A DNA stretch of 64,000 nt from a virus. Made by a program: the position numbers and the translations under genes. The stretch is from IMG/VR virus record IMGVR_UViG_3300043425_000861; one strand, given 5' to 3'. Position 1 is the first letter of the stretch; the number at the start of each line of letters is the position of its first letter. Under the pieces are notes generated by a model, which saw nothing but the letters and a program-made list of their open reading frames with translations, was not told the DNA's origin and searched no databases. Below are positions 57,094 through 64,000 of the stretch, in pieces.

Positions 57094-57642
57094 TTATAGA
57101 TGTGTTATATACTTAAATATGTCCACAGCAGTATTACTACCAACAGGAAATTCAACAAAAGGTATAGAGTTAATGAGTAGTGTTTGTTTAATGTCCTCAT
57201 CAATTTCCTGAGCCTCCTGTAAATCCTGTAATCTACCATTTGGGTCATATGTTTCATTGTTTCTGGTTAATAAAATGTTTATGTTATCATATTGACTAAA
57301 TAAGTTCCATAAAAATTTACTTAATCCCGACATACCATAGAATGACGCTGGATAACCCTCACCATATCTCTGTTCATAGAAACAACCCAAAACTATTGGT
57401 GAATCGACAATTATGTAATCTACTTTTCCGTACAACCTACTGATATTTCTATGCTGATTTGCAGTTATGAAAAATTGGTCACTTAGTTGGGAAACGTTTC
57501 CTTCCCACGCAACTTCTTTCGGGAATTCGTATGTATATTCAACACTCATATGGTGTTTTTTCATTTCGGTAAACAACCCCGATGCTTGTGTTGATTTCCC
57601 AATTCCTGGTCCTCCAAACAGATTAATTATTTTACTTTTCAT
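57094..57642 (-). CDS. P-loop nucleotide kinase-like ATPase
   Basis: GGPGIGKS Walker A and IIVDSP; start placed at MKSKIIN. Confidence 0.8.
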   Translation of the reverse strand: MKSKIINLFGGPGIGKSTQASGLFTEMKKHHMSVEYTYEFPKEVAWEGNVSQLSDQFFITANQHRNISRLYGKVDYIIVDSPIVLGCFYEQRYGEGYPASFYGMSGLSKFLWNLFSQYDNINILLTRNNETYDPNGRLQDLQEAQEIDEDIKQTLLINSIPFVEFPVGSNTAVDIFKYITHL

Positions 57643-57865
57643 ATTGTATAATATACACAAAAAAAGGGAGTTTGTGAAATCCTCCCATATAATAATTTTA
57701 ATCTGTTTATTTTGTCCCCCGACAACAAAAATAAATAAGTTATAGGACCAAAAAATACCCATAAATCCACTGACTATTTGTCCTGTTAAAAATAATCTTA
57801 GTTCATAATACTCAGAAGTCGAACTTTTTATAAATTTTATTTTGTATGACACTATTTATAACAAT

Positions 57866-58168
57866 ATGGAAAACATTTACTCAGTTTTGATAACCGCAAT
57901 TACAGTACTTGGAGGTACTGGTGCTTGGAGGTATTATGAAAAAAGAGCCTTAAATAAAGAACGAGACGAAGATTTTATTCGTCACGACTGTAAGGATAGA
58001 ATCACCAAATTAGAGGCGTTATTAGAAGCGTCATCTAAAGAGAAGGATGATTTAAGAAATATGGTTTTAACATTAACTAAAGAAGTTGCTGCATTATCTG
58101 TTAAAGTTGAATTTTTAACAAAAGAAAATGAAACTTTAAATAAAAGAAACACATCAAGAGTAAAATAG
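57866..58168 (+). CDS. TM plus coiled-coil protein
   Basis: N-terminal TM segment and long coiled coil; TATTTATA 5 nt upstream. Confidence 0.7.
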   Translation: MENIYSVLITAITVLGGTGAWRYYEKRALNKERDEDFIRHDCKDRITKLEALLEASSKEKDDLRNMVLTLTKEVAALSVKVEFLTKENETLNKRNTSRVK

Positions 58169-58169
58169 T

Positions 58170-58397
58170 ATGAAAAAATACGTATTCACAGAATCACAAC
58201 TCAAAAAAATAATCGATAATCAAGTATCTGAATCTGAAGAAAAAAAAGAATTTCGTCCAGGTGTTAATTTAGGAAAATACAACCTTAAATCATTTTTAAA
58301 GGATAAGGACGACGATGGTGATGACGAAAAAGATAAAGACGAAAAGAAACCATTCTCAACAAACCGGTTGAAGTCTGAGAAGAAAAAAGAAGACTAA
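58170..58397 (+). CDS. Small charged hypothetical protein
   Basis: MKKYVFTESQLKKII N-terminus. Confidence 0.65.
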   Translation: MKKYVFTESQLKKIIDNQVSESEEKKEFRPGVNLGKYNLKSFLKDKDDDGDDEKDKDEKKPFSTNRLKSEKKKED

Positions 58398-58960
58398 GAT
58401 TTATTAACACAAGTATCAAATATTTTAATAATATCATCTAACCCCAAAATATTAAAACATTCGGAATAACCTGAAAAAGATTCCAACAAAGGTCTGTATT
58501 TTTTTACCGACCTTTTTTTATTTAATTTATCTTTAATTTCTTCCTCTAACTTTTCGGCGTCAGGTGTATCAATTCTTCTTAAAATAGAATCCACCACATA
58601 TCCCTCATAACCGTACGCTTTACTAAACCTACGCATTATAAATTTTTTAGATGTTATACCAACTTTCACAAACGTCTTACCCGAACTTTCCTCTTTAATT
58701 AAAACCAAGTATAATGATTTTGGTAACTTTGCTATTTTCTTTTTCTTCTCTTGTGATTTCTTAACCAATTTTAAACCAACATATTCTTTGGCTTTTTCCA
58801 ATGATGTAAATTCTTTAACATCTCGATATGGATTAACTACATACTTTTTAAATCGAGCAATGTATAGTGTTTTACCACTATCAACCTTATATTTGATTTT
58901 ATCTTTGGTAACTATTTGGTATATTGTATAATAACCCATTTTCATTAACTCTTTTTCCAT
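58394..58960 (-). CDS. GIY-YIG/T5orf172-like nuclease-domain protein
   Basis: LYLVLI...VKVGIT...RRF...LEEEI...GYSECF. Confidence 0.65.
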   Translation of the reverse strand: MEKELMKMGYYTIYQIVTKDKIKYKVDSGKTLYIARFKKYVVNPYRDVKEFTSLEKAKEYVGLKLVKKSQEKKKKIAKLPKSLYLVLIKEESSGKTFVKVGITSKKFIMRRFSKAYGYEGYVVDSILRRIDTPDAEKLEEEIKDKLNKKRSVKKYRPLLESFSGYSECFNILGLDDIIKIFDTCVNKS

Positions 58961-59042
58961 TATAACAATAATACTTTTTTATTTTTAATTATTTGTATAT
59001 TCTAACATTAATACATATCTTTGTGTTCAAATAATTCAAATT

Positions 59043-59393
59043 ATGGTTTTAAAAAAGAAGTGTACTAAGTGTAAAGAAGAGTTGCCGATTGATAAGTTTT
59101 ATAAAAATAAACTAACTCAAGACGGCCACAGTATCTATTGTGTTGATTGTACCAAAGTAAACTCAAAAAAATATTTTGAAAAGAAAAAGGTAAAAACCAG
59201 CAAGATAGAGAATGAAAATTTAATGAAGTCAGTACTTTTAAACAAATTCAACGGTAAACTAAACGAGGAGGAGATAAATCAGTTGATGAGGATTATGTTA
59301 ATCGAAAAAATGGTTAATACCATTGTAGAAGAATTGGTACCATTAAAACAACATTACGTAAAAAGTAATAATTTAATTGAGACGGGGTTATAA
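59043..59393 (+). CDS. Zinc-ribbon protein
   Basis: KKCTKCKEELPIDKFYKN...DG...YCVDC; TATCTTTG promoter element at 59016. Confidence 0.7.
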   Translation: MVLKKKCTKCKEELPIDKFYKNKLTQDGHSIYCVDCTKVNSKKYFEKKKVKTSKIENENLMKSVLLNKFNGKLNEEEINQLMRIMLIEKMVNTIVEELVPLKQHYVKSNNLIETGL

Positions 59394-59445
59394 AAACCCC
59401 GTTTTTTATGCTCGTAAAAAGATATTTATTAGATATTTATAAATT

Positions 59446-61146
59446 ATGAAATTAAAAGACATCATTTTAGAATATCTAATGGAACAACCGGACCCTAATC
59501 CTGAACAAGAATTAGACCCGAATGCACCGGTACCAGGTCCTGAAGATAACGAAGAACCTGATAGTGAAGAAGAGCCAACTGACGAGCCAGAAGGTGACCC
59601 CACACAAGAACCTGAAGGAACTTCACAAGTTAAACAAAAAGTGAAAAAACAATCACCTTTTGATATTGCAAAAGAAAGGTGGCAACAAGAAGTACCAGGT
59701 ATTGAGTCAAACGCCCTTGAAGGTGGTATAACATTTTTTAATAATATTAAAACCAATTTACAACCACTACCAACAAGTCCTGACCAAAGAGCACAACCTG
59801 ATGTCTATGCAATGTCTCAACGTTTCGCTAATGCCGAATATCCTGAATATTTTGGTAAATTGGCAGGTAACAGAATTTCAGACACATTCAAAGACGTAAG
59901 TAAGTTAAGAGATATTGGTCATTATACTTGGGCTATGATTGAATTCTTAGTTGATAGGGCAAGTGAGGCGGATGCAAGAGAATCTTATGATTTCTCAATA
60001 GAAGGTGACACACCTGAGATTAGAAAACAATCTGCAATGGCTAAGTGGGAAAAATCAGGAAACAAAATTATTGATGAAAATGGTTTAGTGGTTTTTAGAG
60101 TTCAATCAAAAGATGAGTCAAAAATGTTGGGATTATTACAACATATTTTGGTTGGTCAGTATGGTGGTATGAAATGGTGTATCACTTATTTAGATTCGTC
60201 AAATTATTATAACAATTACAGACCTTATAGGTCCTACTACTTTGTTATGGATAAAAATAAATCTGAAAATGACCCTAACTACATATCAGTATTACAACCA
60301 ATAGACACAAGATACCAATACTATTCTGATTACGGTCCTTATGTTATCACCCCAAGACCAAATGGTGACCAAACGAAAAAAACTTGGGAAGATGTTGTTG
60401 CAATATGGCCGGAATTAAGGGGTAAAGAAAATCTCATCAAGTTTTTCGGTGAAACAAATCGAGAAAGGGCTGAAAAAGAATTAAAACATATCAATTTTAA
60501 TAAAAATGACCAAAGAAATTATTTTGGTTACCAGAGTCCAAATTTACAATTTAATTGGATTGACAATAACAATCTAATTAATGACCCTGAAGCGTTTTTA
60601 ATGATGAGAAAAGAACTTCAAACAGAATATGTTAGAAGAGTAACTTTAGACAACTACAAAACAAGATTTACCTGTTCAAACACAAATAAACCTTTTGGTA
60701 TGTTGGATGCATTAAGTAAAAATGATAAGAGATTATTGGATGTACGTTTAAAAGAAAATGGGATAAAGGCTGGCATAAATGCTGTAAAGGCATCAATTCT
60801 AAAGGTAAATTTAAATCAATCATTTAAAGATATTAATAATCCGAATATTATGTTATTTGAAGACAGATATAGCAATGGTAAATTTGGTGTTATCGACTTA
60901 TCCACAATGGATTGGCTTAAAGAATTAAATTACACAAAAGGTAGAGCAATCACTATGTTCGACCCAGAAAAAAGAACAATATTTGTTGTTAGAAGTTATG
61001 TTAGTTTAAATGGTGATGACTATTTTTATTTAATATTACCTAAAGAAAATTTAGTCTCTAAAGACAAGGAAAAATTAAGTGGAATTTATCTTGATGGGCC
61101 TGAAGGTGATGAATACATTAAAAAATACAAAAGGTTAGGTGAATAA
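59446..61146 (+). CDS. Hypothetical protein (acidic N-terminal linker, KWCIT motif)
   Basis: 566 aa; TATTTATA 4 nt upstream. Confidence 0.75.
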   Translation: MKLKDIILEYLMEQPDPNPEQELDPNAPVPGPEDNEEPDSEEEPTDEPEGDPTQEPEGTSQVKQKVKKQSPFDIAKERWQQEVPGIESNALEGGITFFNNIKTNLQPLPTSPDQRAQPDVYAMSQRFANAEYPEYFGKLAGNRISDTFKDVSKLRDIGHYTWAMIEFLVDRASEADARESYDFSIEGDTPEIRKQSAMAKWEKSGNKIIDENGLVVFRVQSKDESKMLGLLQHILVGQYGGMKWCITYLDSSNYYNNYRPYRSYYFVMDKNKSENDPNYISVLQPIDTRYQYYSDYGPYVITPRPNGDQTKKTWEDVVAIWPELRGKENLIKFFGETNRERAEKELKHINFNKNDQRNYFGYQSPNLQFNWIDNNNLINDPEAFLMMRKELQTEYVRRVTLDNYKTRFTCSNTNKPFGMLDALSKNDKRLLDVRLKENGIKAGINAVKASILKVNLNQSFKDINNPNIMLFEDRYSNGKFGVIDLSTMDWLKELNYTKGRAITMFDPEKRTIFVVRSYVSLNGDDYFYLILPKENLVSKDKEKLSGIYLDGPEGDEYIKKYKRLGE

Positions 61147-61174
61147 AAAAAGGGAGTTTTTAACTCCCTTTTTT
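61146..61174. terminator. Bidirectional intrinsic terminator
   Basis: AAAAAAGGGAGTT-TTT-AACTCCCTTTTTT between convergent genes. Confidence 0.8.
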
Positions 61175-61175
61175 G

Positions 61176-62018
61176 TTATGATAATAATGAATAATACTCT
61201 TTAAAGTGTTTGATACGGTCCGCCAATCCAATCGTACCACCGTTAACACGTTTAGTAATTTTAGTTACAACAGTGTCAGTTGCTCCCTCATCGGCCATTT
61301 TGTGTAAACCGTTTTTATTGAAAAACCAAGCGGCGGATAATAATGCATAATTAGCGGCTACTTTATCTGGATTCGAACAAATATCTTCATTTATTGCTTT
61401 ACCAAATGCAGTATAATTTTCTTTTCCGGTCAATTGAATATATCCTCTACCACGGAATTTGTATCCCTCTTGAGTTGATTCAGGACCATTACCCATTCTT
61501 CCACCATATACCTTAGAAGCAATTTTAATTGGTTGTCTGGCGTAAGGCGCAGCTGAGGCTTCAGTTGGAAAGTATTTTTTAAAGATACCATTCAAACCCT
61601 TTGCTGAATAGTTTAAGTTTTCTTGTGTTGCTCTAAATCCACCACTTTCGTGTCCACATTGTGCTAAGAAGTGAGCTAATCTTAGTGGAGTGTTAATTTG
61701 AAATTTAGAAGCAGTATCAGGGATTTGAGCAATAACTGCGTCAGGTATGTGTCCCTTTAATTTCTCCAATTTTAACCCACCAACTGATGGTGCAGGTGCC
61801 GGTTCGGTAATTACTGTCGGAGCACTTGTAACTTCTTCACTAAACATTTTAGACCAAGTACCATCCCCAACAATACCATCTGCGGTTAATCCATTGGACG
61901 CTTGCCAAGTTCTTACTGCGGCATCTGTTTTTGGTCCGAATTTACCTATTGGGTCAACTCCTAATTTTATCTGTAATTTTTTTACGTCTTCTCCTTCAGA
62001 ACCTAATTTAAGTAGCAT
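61176..62018 (-). CDS. Endolysin: peptidoglycan-binding domain plus GH19 lysozyme
   Basis: LKLGSEGEDVKKLQ...ADGIVGDGT; HFLAQCGHESG, ENLNYS, FRGRGYIQLTGK and TKRVNGG. Confidence 0.92.
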   Translation of the reverse strand: MLLKLGSEGEDVKKLQIKLGVDPIGKFGPKTDAAVRTWQASNGLTADGIVGDGTWSKMFSEEVTSAPTVITEPAPAPSVGGLKLEKLKGHIPDAVIAQIPDTASKFQINTPLRLAHFLAQCGHESGGFRATQENLNYSAKGLNGIFKKYFPTEASAAPYARQPIKIASKVYGGRMGNGPESTQEGYKFRGRGYIQLTGKENYTAFGKAINEDICSNPDKVAANYALLSAAWFFNKNGLHKMADEGATDTVVTKITKRVNGGTIGLADRIKHFKEYYSLLS

Positions 62019-62124
62019 AATATCAATTTGTATTTGTAAGTTTATTACTTATAAATACCCAAAAAATATCAAATAAAATTTGGTAGATTTCAAAAAATAC
62101 TAGATTTTTGTAAAAATGTGATTT

Positions 62125-62640
62125 ATGAGAAGATTATACTTTTTAGTCTGTATCCCGTTATTTTTTGGGTTTATAGAACCAAAATATAAAGATAATTCTG
62201 TTTTATTCAACTTTGAAAGGATATTAAATCAGTATCGCATTGAGAATGGTAAGTCTCCTCTTGTTGTTGATACGATTCTTAAAAAATTTACTGAAGAACG
62301 ATGTAAGTATATCTCGGAAGTTGAGTATAGTCATAATGGGTTTGAAAAGATAAAACATCTCCCTTTCGGATTTACTATTGCGGGTGAAAATATTACGGAA
62401 GCCGTCATACCTTTAGATAAGAAACCTTATTATTCTTCTAACATTAAAGAACTTGCGGATATAATGAATAAAATGGCAATGAGTACATCGAATTACGATA
62501 TTGCAATGTATTGTTTTTTGAAGTGGAAATATTCACCTTCACACAATAATTTACTACTCAATCCACAAACTAAAAGGTTCTACTTATCATATGATAAAAG
62601 TAGAACCCGTTATTATTTTAATTATGTTTCTTTAGATTAA
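62125..62640 (+). CDS. CAP (SCP) domain secreted protein
   Basis: LNQYR...YSH...GENI...WKYSPSHNNLLL. Confidence 0.8.
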   Translation: MRRLYFLVCIPLFFGFIEPKYKDNSVLFNFERILNQYRIENGKSPLVVDTILKKFTEERCKYISEVEYSHNGFEKIKHLPFGFTIAGENITEAVIPLDKKPYYSSNIKELADIMNKMAMSTSNYDIAMYCFLKWKYSPSHNNLLLNPQTKRFYLSYDKSRTRYYFNYVSLD

Positions 62641-63854
62641 GGTTTTCTTGGACAAGGAACACCCTTACCTCTTTTACCAAATAACCCAAGTCTTAAATTC
62701 GGTAATGTAATTCTGATATTAAGATTTGGTCTAAATTTAAAAATGTTTCTACCTGTTGCGGTAAATCTAACAATAAAGTCAGTCCTTTCAACAGGTGCAA
62801 ATTGAGGTGGAATCGGGTCAATTTTAACGGTTTGTGATTGTGGCGGAGTTTTACCCTTAACAGCAAATTCAACCACAAATTCAACTCTCTGATTTTTAAT
62901 TAAATCTTCTTTATTCTGTCCCACATATGCAGGTCCGCTAGTCCCTGTAGCATCAAGTTCAACCATCTTATCACCATTTTTTAGTGTCATTGTTTGTCCT
63001 GCGTTGGTTCCATCGCTATTAATTACAACACCACTTGGATTAATTTCAGCCTTTCTTTTTGCAAGTTCTTTTGTTATATAATCATAAACAACTCTTGCTC
63101 TTGCCTCTGACAATTCTTTAAATGTTGGTACTTTACCGGGGAATGTTCTCTTACTAACACCATTTGGTATTGTGGAAGATGAAGAAGTTATTTGTAATTT
63201 ATTGATATATAAATTTGCTGCGGTTCTACCCTTTTTCTCTAAATTTGATGTCATATTTTGAATACCTTCATCAATCGCTGCCAATAAATTTTCATTAATA
63301 TAGTTCACAAAATCAGGAGTCATAATTGCCTCATTATATGCAAACTGCATTGGTTGTTGTACTTTTGGGGGTGAAAATATTTCGTACCCTTCCTCAACAA
63401 CAGGAACCTCAATCTCACCACCAGGTTTACCTGGGTCAATCATTTCTTGTTTAATTGTTACCTGATTATCTACAACGATTTTCTTATTTTTTACTTGACC
63501 ACCCAAAGTTCCTCTCTGATATGATGAAACAATATAATAATAAAAATTAGGGTTTAATTGTTTCATAGTATCAAATATCTGAGCAGAAGATTCATCCATC
63601 AAACCTTTCATTTGTGATATGGTTTTATCTAATTCAGGGTTAGGTAATGGTTGTTTGGTCTTCGGGTCCCAAGCAAGACCTACCGCAGTAAACATAGACT
63701 GTAATGTTCTATTTGCGAAGTTTTTAGCAATTTTAGGGTCTTTAGTTGAAAGAACGACATTAACATCGTCTTGTTTCTCAAACCCAACTTGCTCCTCAAT
63801 CATCTTGTCAACCACAAATTTGACTTGTTCTTCAGTTATAATAATTCTTCTCAT
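62637..63854 (-). CDS. Hypothetical protein (OmpA-C-like segment possible)
   Basis: 405 aa with LSEARARVVYDYI...NQRVEF; TATTTATA upstream. Confidence 0.7.
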   Translation of the reverse strand: MRRIIITEEQVKFVVDKMIEEQVGFEKQDDVNVVLSTKDPKIAKNFANRTLQSMFTAVGLAWDPKTKQPLPNPELDKTISQMKGLMDESSAQIFDTMKQLNPNFYYYIVSSYQRGTLGGQVKNKKIVVDNQVTIKQEMIDPGKPGGEIEVPVVEEGYEIFSPPKVQQPMQFAYNEAIMTPDFVNYINENLLAAIDEGIQNMTSNLEKKGRTAANLYINKLQITSSSSTIPNGVSKRTFPGKVPTFKELSEARARVVYDYITKELAKRKAEINPSGVVINSDGTNAGQTMTLKNGDKMVELDATGTSGPAYVGQNKEDLIKNQRVEFVVEFAVKGKTPPQSQTVKIDPIPPQFAPVERTDFIVRFTATGRNIFKFRPNLNIRITLPNLRLGLFGKRGKGVPCPRKP

Positions 63855-64000
63855 TAATTTTATATTATAATATAAATATCCGAAAAAATACTTACATTTG
63901 TAACCATAATATTTATTATTATGGGAAAAATAGTAATTTCAGAAAATCAATACAAAAATCTACAGAAAATGATAACTGAAGATGTTAATAACAGATACGA

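Noticed and set aside
1-64000. CRISPR array
   Set aside because: No run of identical 25-45-bp repeats with unique spacers was seen; the tandem repeats found (12083, 43990, 46740) are in-frame coding repeats.
1-64000. Alternative genetic code (TAG or TGA recoding)
   Set aside because: Conserved genes are full length under the standard code and no suppressor anticodon was found among the 25 tRNAs.

Overview
A 64-kb segment of a large, AT-rich, T4-like (gp17/gp20/gp21/gp22/gp23-type head genes) phage. The host is probably in Bacteroidota, based on TTTG...TAnnTTTG promoters and a bS21 gene beside the head genes; translation uses the standard code. In order it contains: the head/packaging module with bS21; Hsp20 and an N-domain-less ClpC; an ~11-kb operon of secreted and outer-membrane proteins (CsgG-like, C-type lectin, dockerin/cohesin-like, PspC); 25 tRNA genes in two arrays; an ~830-nt GOLLD-like ncRNA; a tmRNA; glycosylation genes (glf, GT2, GT25, GT4-like, GT60-like); nucleotide-metabolism genes; and lysis-type enzymes (M23, GH19). 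The main observation is that each tRNA array is preceded by a 32-35-codon leader ORF and an intrinsic terminator. Each leader's codons match the tRNAs of its own array down to isoacceptor level (12/12 elongator tRNAs in each), and each carries an antiterminator strand just beyond the sensor codons. This suggests two ribosome-stalling attenuators that induce replacement tRNAs when any cognate host tRNA is depleted. All calls were made by eye; no searches or folding programs were run.
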